A DNA stretch of 64,000 nucleotides, from assembly GCA_028534125.1 (NCBI GenBank), contig CM052818.1:46068001-46132000 (forward strand), written 5' to 3'. Made by a program: the position numbers and the translations under genes. How positions within the stretch are numbered: the first letter of the stretch is position 1; each line of letters starts with the position of its first letter. The notes under the pieces were generated by a model. The model did no database searches. It was not told the DNA's origin and saw only the letters and a program-made list of their open reading frames with translations. The stretch comes from Lama glama (taxonomy: Eukaryota). Positions 14,640-28,192 of the stretch are shown piece after piece.

Positions 14640-15330
14640 GAATCTTTAAATACAAGATATTATATGAGATACATCTGAGAAATGAACTAATATCATTAAC
14701 ATACGGAGAGTTTCTACATGTCAGTAAGGGGAAAAAAACTCATTGGGAAAATGGCAAGGGATATTAACATACTGTTTTTGAAAAATTGCAAATAAAACTA
14801 TAGTAAGATTTTTTTCCTTATTAGATTGGAAAAGATAAAAATGATAATGCCCTGGGATCAGAAGTATCTTGAGAAATTAGAACACATGCATTGCTAGTGG
14901 GAATGTAAATTGAAATTGCCTCGAGGAAGGACGGTTAAACATGTCTTCTATGGATCAAGTGTACACATGGTACATTGTTGGAAATATCAAAGGATTTGAA
15001 GCAATTAAAAAATTCATCAGAGGAGACTACATAATTATGTTATGTCCATACAGTGGAATACTGTTCAGTGTACATGGAATGAGGCAGTGATAAATATATG
15101 GATATGGAATGATCTCAGGGAGTATTATATGGAGGAAGCAAGGTGTAGAACAATGTATGTAGTGTGCTCACATGGAGGGGAAGGTATGTGGATTTCAAAT
15201 GTATAGAAATATCTGGAAGAATGTACAAGAAACTAGTAATGGTGGTTGCTTTGAGGGAGAGGAAGAACTGGATGTCTCAGGACCCAAGGAAGGGAGAGAA
15301 ACTTTATTTTTAACTTTTGAATTTTAGGTT
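14640..15330 (+). mobile_element. Old L1 (L1ME-like) fragment
   Basis: cattgctagtgggaatgtaaatt, catacagtggaatact, tggaatgatctc motifs. Confidence 0.55.
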
Positions 15331-16249
15331 AGGTGATGTATGTGTATTACGTATTATTTTAATGGAAACTGGAGTCTTATTGTGCATGAAAAGGAGATGC
15401 AAATAAGGGAAGAAGACTCCTTTGGTGTTAATGGGCTGAAGGAGCGAAACAGTGAGAAAACAGAATGGGGAGACTTTTTAAAAAAAGAAATTGTAGTAAT
15501 GGTTAATTAACTATTGTGCATGATTACTTTGATAAAAACAAGGAATTAAAAAAAACAAATAATTCAAGAAAAGCTCTGTGCTATCTTAAGTACTGTGTGT
15601 GAAATTCTGTGGCTGTTGCCATCCCTTGCAGCATGCTGATGTTCACTTGACAAAGAATGAGTCTTACTGTGTGGTAGGCACTATGCTAAATGCTCGGTAT
15701 ACCATATACAGAATTTTGTAAATGAAAAATACTAAACATTTTTATCTAGAAGTTGATCTGTTTAACAGGTTGCCTCTTTGATTTAGAATCTTAGAAGTAA
15801 CATACATTATTAACACTAGAGAATATTTTGATTATTTTATAGAAGAAATTAAACTAAGGAACTTGCTCTAGACGGAGACTCTAGAAGCAGAGTTTTGGTC
15901 CAGCACTTGTTCCACTGAGGTTCAGATGTACTTCACGATGAATGTTGTGAAATTTGGTGCTTTTTAAAAATGTACATTTGGTGGCTTGGGACTTTTTTTC
16001 CTACTTACTTCTTTTTCTTTTAAAAAGGTTTTACCGTTTTCAGTGACTTTCTATTTGTGCAGTTCCTTTTCCTGTGCCCTGGGCTCTCTGCCTTGGAATG
16101 CCTTCTTCTCTCATGTTTTCTGCCTGTTTGTAAAATCTTATTTACCCTTTAAAACACAGATTACTCTATCCCTTAAGAAATATTTTATCATTTCATTAGC
16201 TCTCCCATAGGACTTCTGCTTTTTCTTAAAGTCTCTCTGTTTATTGCAT

Positions 16250-16370
16250 TATTTTATTTTGGTGGGGGGTAATTATGTTAATTTTTAGAGGAGGTACTGG
16301 GGATTGAACCTGGGACCTCGTACATGCTTAGCATGCACTCTACCATTTGAGCTATACCTTTCCCTCCTCC
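16250..16370 (-). mobile_element. tRNA-derived SINE (camelid vic-1-like)
   Basis: Minus strand reads ggtatagctcaaatggtagagtgcatgctaagcatgtacgaggtcccaggttcaatccccagtacctcc then an A-rich tail; Pol III A/B boxes. Confidence 0.85.
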
Positions 16371-18334
16371 CATAGAACTTTTGTATATACCTTTGACCTG
16401 CCCAGGGTTTCTGAACAAGTGTGGGGAGGGCAGCGCTAATCTGGAGTGAATGGAGATCAGTGACACTAGACATCCCTTAAATGTATAGACATACAGTCCT
16501 GTATAATGAATTGTCCAGCTGCTTATTCATTTAGGTAGAAAATTTACCATTATCTGAGGCCAAAACCTAATTTTGTTTTATGTTTAAACACAAAGTTTTT
16601 TTTTTCATGATTTTAATGCATACAGAATTAATCAGGAATGCAACTACCATTTAAAAACCAAGAAAAGATTGTGCTTTTTTTTGTTTTGTAACTCGGCTGG
16701 TCAGGCCGTTCATGATATTTCAACAGACTGTGCAAGTCTATTTGAAGGTTCTTGCATTCATGATGATTCTTAGAGGCAAACATTTGATTACATTATGTTT
16801 TGTGCATTGGATGTAGACATTTACTTATTGAAATACATGCTGTTTTACTACAAATTTGTTTTATTTCTCTTTTATATCTTAATTAGGGCATTAATGTACA
16901 TTTGAAAATTGTGTGTACATGTATTAATACCTATTAATTTCATTTTAGGAGAGTTAAGCAGACAAAATATTAGTTATGAAAGGGGTTATTATAGGACAAT
17001 TGAATAGGGGAGGAGGGGCAGAAAAGATTAAAAAAGGAAAAGCTCTAAAAGTTCAGTATTGTTAGTTACAAAAGGTGCTTTGATTTCTGTTTTGGCATTA
17101 ATAAGGTTAATATTTACAACTAGTCATCTGAATTAATACCTGTTCGTTTGACACACATGTGACCTCTTATTTAAAAAAAAATTCAAAAATTGCTCTTAGT
17201 AACATGTGGCATCACCTTTAGTTAGTGCATGCCTAAAAGTTTTAGCACCTTTTAAATGAACATTAAGTGGTAAAGCAACAACTTTAATTCCTTATTTTTA
17301 AGTATTGAAATAATATTATGATTTATGATTAATGCCTTACCTGCAGGATGAGTATGTATCTTCCAAAATGTGATACTTCTAAGAATGAAAGAGATAGCAT
17401 TAGTAATTATACTGGGACAGCAGGCTTACACTGGGACTGTCCTGGGCAAACTAGGACATAAGGTCACCACTCCTTCAACACACTTCACTGTTAAAATTTC
17501 TGTTTGGTTGCCAGTAGAGGTTTGGAATTTGGTATTGGCTGAAGTGCAAGGTTTTAGCCTTGAGAATGAAAGGAAGGATCGGAATAGGCTTTGTGTTTTG
17601 AGTTCTGACTGATCTCATATGCCATGTGATGTCAGCTAAATCACGCAGCCTGTGAGATCAGTCATTTGTCATTGGCCTCTATCTCAATGAAAAATTTTAC
17701 TTCATTCCTTAGTTTATTTTAAGTGGGCACCAGAGCAGGGGTTCAGAATTCACCATTCTTGGATTCTAAAACTTAACAGTTTTAAATCAGTAACACTGTA
17801 AAATAATGCAAGGCAGTTAACTGTTCAAGGCATTTACTTTATTAATGGTATACAGTATTTCCATAGGTGAATTGATGAGGTGCTGAATGATGAGTTTGGA
17901 TCATGTCTTACATAGGTGATTCATTGCCTCCTTCGTTAAGGCAACAAATCCATTTAACCCTAGCTGATATAATTGAATGGTAATTTCTGAAAGTAGACAG
18001 CTTTTAAGATCGTAATACTCTTGTTATATAGTTACATACAGAGATTTGAGAAGCTGTGATGTACCACAAGATCATAGAGCTAATAACAAAATCATTTCAC
18101 AAATGATACTCTGATTTCTAAAGTCATACATTTTGAAATAACCCAAAGTAACCCTGTCCCTTCTCTTCCTCTCCCTTGGACCCATCCTATAATTCCAACT
18201 TAGCACATGCAGCCTCTAAATGGTCCTCTCAGCCCACCCCAAATCAGGGTGATTAGGTGTGTATAATTTTCTGGATGAAATATGATTTCTTTCTTTTTTT
18301 TATAATTTTTAAAATTTACTTGTATATTTTACAA

Positions 18335-19860
18335 TTTTTTTTAATTGAAGTATAGTTGATGTACAATATTATATGTTACAGGTACAACATAGTGATTCAC
18401 AAATTTTTAAAGGTTATATTTCATTTATAGTTATTACAAAATATTGACTATATTCCCCATGTTGTACAATACATTCTTGTAGCTTATTTTTACCTGGATA
18501 GTTTGTACATCTCAATCCACCACCTCCATTTGCCCTTCTGCCTTTCCTCTCCCCACTGGTAACCACTAGTTCCTTCTCTACATCTATGAGTCTGTTTCTT
18601 TTCTGTTATATTCACTAGTTTGTTATATTTTTTTAGATTCCATATGTAAGTGATATCTTACAGTACTTGTCTTTCTCTGTCTGACTTATTTCACTTACCA
18701 TAATGCCCTCCAAGTCCATCCATACTTGTACACCAGAAACTAATACCACATTGTGAATCAACTGTACTTCAGTTAAGAAGCAAACAACCAACTAACCCAC
18801 TTAAAATACGGGCAGAAGAACTGAACAGACGTTTTTCCAAAAGAGGAAATACAGGTGGCCAACAGGAACATGAGAACTTGCTCAGCATCACCAGTGTCAG
18901 GGAAATGCAAATCCACATCACAATGAGATACCATCTCACACCTGTCAGAATGGCCATCATCAAAAAGAACACAAATAACAAATGTTGGCAAGGATGTGGA
19001 GAAAAGGGAACCCTTGTACCCTGTTGGTGGGAATGTAAATTGATGCAGCCACTGTGGAAAAAACAAATATGGAGGTTTCTCAACAACCTAAAAATAGGAC
19101 TACCATATGGCCCAGCTGTTCCACTCCTGGGCACATATCCGAGAAAAACAAAAACATTAATTCAAAAAGGTGCATGCACTCTGCTATTAACAGCAACATT
19201 ATTTGTAATTGCCAAGATATGGAAGCATCCTAAGTGCACATCAATAGGTGAATGGATAAAGATGTAGCATATATATGTAATGGAATACAACTCACCCACA
19301 GAAAAGAAAGATATTTTGCCATTTGCGGCCCTTCATTCACTTTTTTTTTTCATTTCAAAAACCAGAATTTTGTAACTGAAATAAACATTTCCATTGCATC
19401 AAAAACAACAAAATACCTAGAAATAAGCTTAACCAAGGAGGTTATCTGTACTCTGAAAACTGTAAAACATTGGTGAAGGAAATTGAAGATGATACAAAGA
19501 AATGGAAAGATAACTTGTGCTCTCAGATTGGAAGAATCAACGTTATCAAAATGGCCATACTACCCAAACCAACCTACAGATCCGGTGCAACCCCTGTCAA
19601 AACACTCATGACATTTTTCACAGAACTAGAACAAACAGTTCCATAATGTAGATGGACCCATAAAAGGCCCAGAATTGCCAGAGCAATCTTTTGTAGGTCT
19701 TTTTTTCCTCTTTTTTCTCTTTGTTCTCTTTTCTTATGGTTTGATGAGTAGAGAAGTTCTTTTAACATGTGTTGTAAAGTTGGTTTGGTGGTTTCTTTTA
19801 GTTTTTGTTTATCTGTGAAGCTTTGTATTTCTCCGTCAAATGAGTCCTTCCTTGAGTGCT
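18335..19860. mobile_element. Composite L1 cluster: antisense 3' end (18335-18723), sense ORF2 C-terminus (~18776-19328), further ORF2 fragments (19380-19860)
   Basis: ORF 18878-19267 reads [23 protein letters not shown]...[20 protein letters not shown], the L1 ORF2 C-terminal cysteine-rich region; 19500-19690 is [21 protein letters not shown]. Confidence 0.9.
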
Positions 19861-22800
19861 GAATTTTACTTTGATTTCAGTCTCTTGGAGTGGCAGCCTA
19901 TAAGGGACACTTACTGTCTAGAGGCTTTTTTCTTCTTACGTATTATATCAGTGGTTCTTTGTACAATATATATTATTTGAAGTTGGGAATGTTAGAAAAA
20001 TTTAGCTCTTACCACTAGCTAAATGTTCCATTTGTTGAATGATTTGTTGCCCTATATATACTATGTTCTTTTGTTTATTTTTCTAATTAAATATGTAACT
20101 TAAGACCAAAGCCTTATCTTTTAGATATGCTCCATTTCATGATGTATTAACCCTTATTTTATAGGATAATACTTAGAAGTACTAGCTGTAGTTTTAGATT
20201 CTCCCTCATTTAATTAATTTTATTACTTTGTCAAAGTTTCTTGATTCCAATGTGATTTTATGCTTTTGTAAAATTATCATAATGATTATATGTAGATAAA
20301 AAATACAGAGTTGTTAGAATGGGGCCTGGCACATATTGAACGTTTGAATATTTGTTGAATGAATAGTTTAATCTTTTATAGTTATAGTAACATGCTGATT
20401 AAACTGATAAAAATATACAGATAGTGACTAATACATGTGCCCTAAAGTTAAAGATTGAACAAATTAATAGTGTTTTATTTAATGAATTTCAGTAAGCTGA
20501 TAGAAAATTGAAAATCCTTAGAACATTTTTTGTTTGCTGCTGATTATTTTGTTTGTATTTTAAGGTTCTTTATCCGTTACCTGCTCTCTCCAAAAGTCAG
20601 TTTAGTATATAAAGAATAAGCTATATAATGAATAACAAGAGCAGCTTATTTTGTCTTTAAAACAGAAATCGCTTATAAACGAATTTAAGATAAAAATATT
20701 AGTTTGTTGAATGCCATAGACTGCTACCACTGAAGCCAAATGAATTGTTTTGGAAAAACTGTTGAAGTGATGATAGGATTATTGTATGCAGAAATAATTC
20801 AGTCCTAGAGATAGAATTTGTATTGAAGTTTTGTTATTCTTCTTAGCCTATTCTTTAAGATGTGGAGTTGAGGAGGAATAGTTACTATATTAAATTTGCA
20901 TCATTGCTATTTCTGGACAATTTCATTTCTTGTATAGATCTTTATAGCTTTTATGATATAATCCTCTTTTTTGTTATTCCTATCCCATTTTTCTGAAATT
21001 AAGCTTATTCTAAGGTCCTTTAGCATCTCTTAAAGTAACCTGTATAAATAACTTAATTTTTTCCCCCAACTTTGCTTGTATTTGAGTTTCTTCGGTCTGG
21101 AATGTCCTGTCACTAGTCCATCTTGTAATTTTGAGTAGTGAGAACACCGACTTCTTCACAGATCTCTCAGATTCTCAAAAAGGAATGTACTACTTGCATT
21201 CTGCCTCACAATCAAATAAAATATTCAGTGCTGGAGGGAGCCCCAGTCTTAGCTCTCCTGTCCTCCCAAGATTATAAAATTTGCTAGTTGAAGAGTTACA
21301 ATGGGCATTTCCTGCTTAATTGACAAGAATAATGTGCAGGAGAAATTAGTGGAAGAACTTGTAACTACATAAATGTTAAAAATTGATTCTCTTCCTCTCT
21401 CCTGACTTGTTACCAATGACCTTACCTGGAAGAATTTTCTTACTCAAGGGAGCCATTTATCATTTTGTTTTTTTCTCTCTGATCTGTATTGAGTCTTTTT
21501 TATAATGAAAAAAATGTTTTTTACAAAAAAAATTGTACACCTAGGCTATATACCTTAAGTATTGTAGCCTTTATTCTTTCTGGTATTAAAAATTAATAAC
21601 TGATACCTGATAACAGCCATGATCATTTTGGTAAGACATGTTAGCAGAATCCATTGTCTTTTCATTGGGCTAAAATATACATGGCTACTACTGATAACAT
21701 GTGGAAAGACAGAGTTATTCTGTACCTGTTGTTTCCTTCACAGAGAGCTAGTGGCATCTGACAAAGAACCATGATACCTGGCTGAAACTCCAGGATGGAA
21801 GTATTGCACAAGTCACTTTATAAAAGCCAACACTGTAAATCGTACGTAATGGCTATATGAAACTAGTAATCAAAGTTAATAATTTTAGAAGGGAAAAGTT
21901 TACAGTTAGCGTATAAGCAGCTGTGTAGTCCCTGACACGGAAGCTGTTGAGCAGCCTTCCCGATCCTTGGAAGGCCAGCGTGCCGGTCAGGCAGTCCTCG
22001 CGAGCCGCCCACAGCCGGCTCAGGTGACTTAGGAGGGATTAGAGCTAGAATCGCTTTTCTCTCCTCACCCCACGTCCTCATTCTAAGTCACACTTTTCTC
22101 TGCCTCTGCTCCCACATTTCTGCCACCTTTAATCCTAAAGTACTAGATCTTGAATGTTCCAAGTAGCTTTTTTGTGTGTCACTGTAAATACCATCTTCAC
22201 CAGAGCTGGCACCATTTTGGAGATTCTCTGGAATTTCATCTTAACTGACTGACTCACTTGGGAGAAAAAGAAAAGTGAGGGACACTTCATTTTACATTAT
22301 AGTTCCTTAGTTTGGATACAAGCAGAGGTAGTGGGTCCCACAGTATAAACACTGTATTTGCATTATTTGATACTGCTTCTCAGAATGTATTCTTGTTTAA
22401 ATTTTTTTTTTAAATAGAGATGACAGAGTCAGTTTGAGATTTAAAAGGTAGTGAACTTTTTTTCTGATTCTCTCATCATTGCTCCCTTTCCTCCGGAAAC
22501 CTCCCAAATTTCAGGTGTTCAGTAAAAATAGTTTTTATGTTGAAAGTCATCCATGATATTTAAAAATAGTATTAGAGAAAAAGGTTAAAGTAGTATGATT
22601 TTGTAAGATTCGGGGAAAGAATTTTTCTCAGGTTCATTTTAATAAATGACTACTAAAATTGTATTGGTGATATTGAGCAGAAGAAATTCTTAGAACGTGA
22701 TCCTTTGATTCTTTTCACACTTAAGAGTGTGGTGGTACAGAAGCAGCGTTTGTATCCAGTTGTCTTTAGTGTTGGGATGTGGCCCATCTATTGCTTCGTT

Positions 22801-24117
22801 CTTAGCGCAGCAACTTCGCAGATTTAAGCCACACTTCTAATACTTGCCACCTGTATAATGTGTAAATTTCTGGGGCTTCGTTAGGTAATATTACTGACAT
22901 ACTAAGTTTAACTTCCCCTGAGCTTCAGACCCTTTTAAAATACATATTTTTTAACCTAAACATATTTTTCATTAAATTTAAGATTTAAAATGTTTTTGTT
23001 TATTTCCTTTAAAGTAATATGCGTATAATCATTGCATTTTGCTTAGTCTATTTTTATTCAGATAAATAGGAAAGTTCTTGAGTTAAAACTATATTTTCTA
23101 AACTATCCTTAACTTTTTCAGTATCATTTACTGATTTTATTATCTAAGTAAACCTATGCGGTGTAGGTGTTCTATGTTTCTATGAGAATTTTATTCTACT
23201 CCATAATTTTTATTATGAAAGGATTTTTAAATTACTTAGCATCAAGTAAAATTGATAGTCCAACAGGATATCTGTTATATTTGTCTTTCGTGACATTTTA
23301 ATTCTCTTGGGCACACCTTGTACAAATACCTCAGTTTAAGAGGTATAGCTTATTGGTTCAAGGAGACATTTCTTTGTATGAAATGAAGGATAAAAGACAT
23401 ATTTAAATACTAACCCAATTAAAAAAAAATAACATTCAGTAGAGCGCTTGCTCTCAATCCTTAACTCAGCCTTGTTTTCGATGGGCACTGGTCTGCAGAG
23501 GACATTGAATAGCCCTACTCTGGACTATGATGACTTGTACTGTGATTATACTGTTCTTCATACTTGATGTCTTAAACATTTTGTTACCCCTCCCTAAAAT
23601 GATTATACATCCTCATTTTCTAACTGCTGCATTCCTTCTATTAATTCTTGACAGATAGCCCTTTCCCAGGGGAACCTATCTTAACCAGTGGCCATCTCCA
23701 GCAGAGCCAGACATTCCCTCCCTGTACTTCCATAGCCCCTTATTCACTTATATCTTAATGTCTTGTGTACTGTTAATGGTATACTTACCTCTTTTCTTAC
23801 TAGACTGTGAGCTCTCTGAGGGCAAGGACCTTTATATCTTTATATCCCCTCTGATCAAATACAGTGCCTGGCACCTAGCAAGTATCAGGAAATGCTTTCC
23901 TGAATGGATGAATGGGTGAACATCTTTCTAATTAGTGTTTGACGTAATCTAGCTTTACCATTAGAAACTATGACTTGCTTTGAGCCAAAGCATTCAACTA
24001 ATGGCAACCACCTGATCTTGCGCTCTGGCCCATGCTTCTGGTCCAGGGTGGTATGGTGTGGACTTACTGTGGTAGTTATTTTTATTAGTGTGTAATGTTT
24101 TATCTTATTTCTTTCAG

Positions 24118-24241
24118 GAATTGTTGGATAAGTATTTAATAGCCAATGCAACTAATCCAGAGAGTAAGGTCTTCTATCTGAAAATGAAGGGAGATTACTT
24201 CCGGTACCTTGCTGAAGTTGCTTGTGGTGATGATCGGAAAC
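24118..24241 (+). CDS. YWHAQ: 14-3-3 protein theta, internal coding exon (exon 3 by human numbering), 124 bp
   Basis: tttcag|GAA...AAA C|gtaagt; translates [41 protein letters not shown], the theta-isoform sequence; phase 1 end matches the next exon. Confidence 0.97.
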
Positions 24242-26119
24242 GTAAGTGTACTGGTTTATGGGTAAAGCTAAAATACAAAAAGAAGGAAGGATCGGTTCAT
24301 AATGTTACCTTATGTCCTCAAAAATGAATCAGTCATGAATTTATATTATATGCCCTTTTTGAAAAGTTAAAACTCATGAACTCTCTGATTATAACCTGTT
24401 AAGATATTATTAAAAACAGGCTTAATCTTTTAGACTTTAGAATTTTGTTCACCATATTTTTAGCCCCAGAGTTCTTCACACATGCTTTATGTGATCTGTT
24501 ATGTCACATGGTTTTGAGTGTCTTGTATCTTGAAACTTAACATAACTGGAAATTATACATAGACTGTAGAAACAGGATGTTTTTCTGCTTGACATAATAA
24601 TTTATTAACTGCTACCTGTTTTGAAGGATCATAATAACATTGACTACTAATTACATATAACCAGATGTCTGAGGAGGAGAGGTGAGATGACAGTATTATT
24701 GCTGGCATATAATTTGTCATAGAAGACACAAATATGGGGAAAAGAGTAGCTGAATTGCCTAACTTGATTGTAAAAAAGTCTAAGTAAATTTATTAGCAGT
24801 AAACCCGGTCTCTTGAAGTATTGGTAGCTGAGTATACTATGGTTTTTTTATTATTATTATTTTATGTATGTGCCTGCTACTAAATTTATTAAACATGTTC
24901 TAGGTAGAAGTATTGCCTAACTCATTTTTTAAAAATAAGTTTATTATTTTGTTCTTAATTTTACCCCATCCAAAAGGACATACCTCCACAGTTAGTTACT
25001 GTGGTCTCCTGCTCCACAAAGTGTTACTAAAGAGAGACAGTTTTACCACCCCAAAATCACTATAATTGAAGACATTAAGAAAAAACTTCTGTACCTTGTT
25101 ATAATAAAATCTGTATACTAAACTTACTGTGTTATTAATGTATAATTTCTGTTGCTAAAGATAAGCAAAATTAAACATGACTATTACTTGCATAGAACTG
25201 AACATTTAAATGGCATCAAGTCAAAGGAGGTATATGTTTGGGAGATAGGAGCAGAGCCTCAGCTTTAACCTGATCTAACCCTTTCTGGCTCCTTGGTAGT
25301 TTTTAGTCCTCTACCTAGAGTACTCCAGTAGTCTGGGATTTGTAAATAGTGTGTATTTACAGCCTAGAAGCTGAGACACTGTACTGCGCTCCTTGTGGTT
25401 CTTCCTGATGACCAGACAGCAAGAGCTCCCTAGTATGTGAGGGCTGTACTAGCTGTGTTTAGATCAGTGCATGTGCCATTTCAGAGGAAGGAAAATGCAC
25501 ATATTTAGCCTATAAAAGCGTAACTTAATTTCTGTTAGGACAATCTTTATAAAGCTGTCATGGGTCCAATGGACTCTTTCAGAAAACCAACCCTTTTCAA
25601 AACATGGTATAATCAGATTAGTGTTGGTAATACTTCCTGAACATTTTTTTTCTAGGAAGGTGACATTTTTATTGGGAGTAATCAAACTCTGGTCAGAGCA
25701 GATTTTGATCTATTTATTGGCACGTTTATATTTCCTTTCACATAAACATCTTGATACCTGAGAATCAATATTGCGTCTACAGATAAATCACAAAAATAGA
25801 GATTTTGGTGGTAATTTTTGTAAAATATTTCCATTATTGTGGAATATTACAGCTAATTTTTTCCAGCTTTTTTGAGATATTATTGATATATATTAAAGTA
25901 TTTTTAATTGCTGCATTTTCAGGTGATAAAATTAAAAGGCATGAAAGAGGAAAATGTTTTAGCCGCAGAGATGGAAAAATAATAATATTCTATCATGTTT
26001 TTTATTAAGGTGCTAATAAGCAAGTTTTTTAATACCTGGTACAAGATAATGTTTTTGGTTTGCTACTATGATGTGGTGTTTTTGTTTTTGTTTTTTTTCT
26101 TTTGGCAAGGAGGGGTCCA

Positions 26120-26191
26120 GTTTATTTATTTATTTAAATAGAGGTTTGTGCATGCTAAGTACACACTCTGCCACTGAGCTGTACCCTCCCC
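26120..26191 (-). mobile_element. tRNA-derived SINE (vic-1-like), internally deleted, lacking the B-box region
   Basis: Minus strand ggggagggtacagctcagtggcagagtgtgtacttagcatgcac followed almost directly by acctct and a (TAAA)n tail. Confidence 0.7.
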
Positions 26192-26331
26192 TCTGCTGCT
26201 GTGGTTTTAAAAGAAGGCCACGGAGAAAAATCTTCCTGCTGAGCTAGTAGCATATGTTAAAGATATTACTGTATACTAGATGGATGTTTTCATTATTATG
26301 GTTTTTTTATTTCATTTTTTTCTCTTTACAG

Positions 26332-26495
26332 AAACGATAGATAATTCCCAAGGAGCTTACCAAGAAGCTTTTGATATAAGCAAGAAAGAGATGCAACCTA
26401 CACACCCAATCCGCCTGGGGCTGGCTCTTAACTTTTCTGTATTTTACTATGAGATCCTTAATAACCCAGAACTTGCCTGCACGCTGGCTAAAACG
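26332..26495 (+). CDS. YWHAQ: 14-3-3 protein theta, coding exon 4, 164 bp
   Basis: tttacag|AA ACG...AAA ACG|gtaaga; (Q)[54 protein letters not shown], canonical 14-3-3 sequence. Confidence 0.97.
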
Positions 26496-26690
26496 GTAAG
26501 ATGTGTGTCCCAAAATACCCTCTTTAGGTAATTTGAGCTAGCAGGTGTGTTAATTAGTAGACATTTTACTCGGATATCCAGGGATGATTTTGACTACATT
26601 TATTTTGGTATCTTCTCCTTTTCCTTACCATTGCAACTACCTCCCACACTCTCAAGACCTTACTCTCCCAACTATAGTTATAAATAGAAT

Positions 26691-26752
26691 GTCTATCTAA
26701 AGAGCATATTGGTCATAGTAAGTCTATCTAAAGAGCATATTGGTCATAGTAA
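26691..26752. repeat. Perfect 31-bp tandem duplication
   Basis: gtctatctaaagagcatattggtcatagtaa x2. Confidence 0.95.
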
Positions 26753-27131
26753 TCAAGAAAGCCTGGAAGACGTGTGAAGGACTGGAAGGTAATGCTACCA
26801 GGTTTGGTCACTAGAATCTCTGTGCTCATCACAGTGTTTCAGAATCGGAGTGTTCAGAGGGGATTTTGCAAATACTAATTCTTATTTGTAAGAAACATCT
26901 TAGGTATAGGTACTGGGCTGCATGTGTCCTGTGAAAGAACTAAGAAATACTTATTTACTGATTACGTACGTAGAGGTTTGTAAGTTTCAATTCCTACCCA
27001 AAAGTTCTTAAACTGAGAATCTGAGGGAATGATTTCAATGACTTGTTTTTAATGGAGAATAGAACGTAAAGTGGATGTTCATCTGCTTTATAAAAATGAT
27101 TTGTGATTGTAGAGTAACTAGTTTATGTTGA

Positions 27132-27284
<153 letters not shown>

Positions 27285-27692
27285 TAATTTTCTTTCTTTT
27301 TCAGGGACAAAAGTATTTATATTTTATTCGGGCTTCCTATCTTCTGGGGGCAGTTATATTAGAGCTACACTTGCTCTTAGAAAATGAATATGTAGATACA
27401 TAAAAATATTAGATAGTTGTTAGTATTTTGTATAGGACAACTCTTCTTTTCTAGGCAGATTTTCAAGTTGAATGGGCATTTTATCAGACCTTACGAAAGT
27501 ACTAAGATTGTAGGAACTTGTAATATTAACCATCATTGACTATTTCACTTGGAATGAAGATATTGATAAATAACCTTAATATAGAGAATTTACCTTTTTT
27601 TTAAATTTATTTTTTCTTTTTTCTCACTACCTCTTGTGTAGGCAAACAATGGAGGAAAAAGTAATGGAGAAAAAAGATACTGGTTGAGCTTT

Positions 27693-28192
27693 NNNNNNNN
27701 NNNNNNNNNNNNNNNNNNNNNNNNNNNNNNNNNNNNNNNNNNNNNNNNNNNNNNNNNNNNNNNNNNNNNNNNNNNNNNNNNNNNNNNNNNNNNNNNNNNN
27801 NNNNNNNNNNNNNNNNNNNNNNNNNNNNNNNNNNNNNNNNNNNNNNNNNNNNNNNNNNNNNNNNNNNNNNNNNNNNNNNNNNNNNNNNNNNNNNNNNNNN
27901 NNNNNNNNNNNNNNNNNNNNNNNNNNNNNNNNNNNNNNNNNNNNNNNNNNNNNNNNNNNNNNNNNNNNNNNNNNNNNNNNNNNNNNNNNNNNNNNNNNNN
28001 NNNNNNNNNNNNNNNNNNNNNNNNNNNNNNNNNNNNNNNNNNNNNNNNNNNNNNNNNNNNNNNNNNNNNNNNNNNNNNNNNNNNNNNNNNNNNNNNNNNN
28101 NNNNNNNNNNNNNNNNNNNNNNNNNNNNNNNNNNNNNNNNNNNNNNNNNNNNNNNNNNNNNNNNNNNNNNNNNNNNNNNNNNNNNNNNNNNN
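27693..28192. other. Assembly gap, exactly 500 N
   Basis: Run of N; the round number suggests a placeholder size. Confidence 0.99.

Noticed and set aside
16278..16473. tRNA-like sequence and overlapping ORFs (also at the other six copies)
   Set aside because: Diverged copies with A-rich tails, some with TSDs; SINEs rather than functional tRNA genes
18878..19267. 129-aa ORF with a Cys-rich motif
   Set aside because: L1 ORF2 C-terminal fragment, not a host gene
24088..24327. ORF-track boundaries for the YWHAQ exons (also 26280-26531)
   Set aside because: ORF ends run into introns; true limits are set by the splice sites
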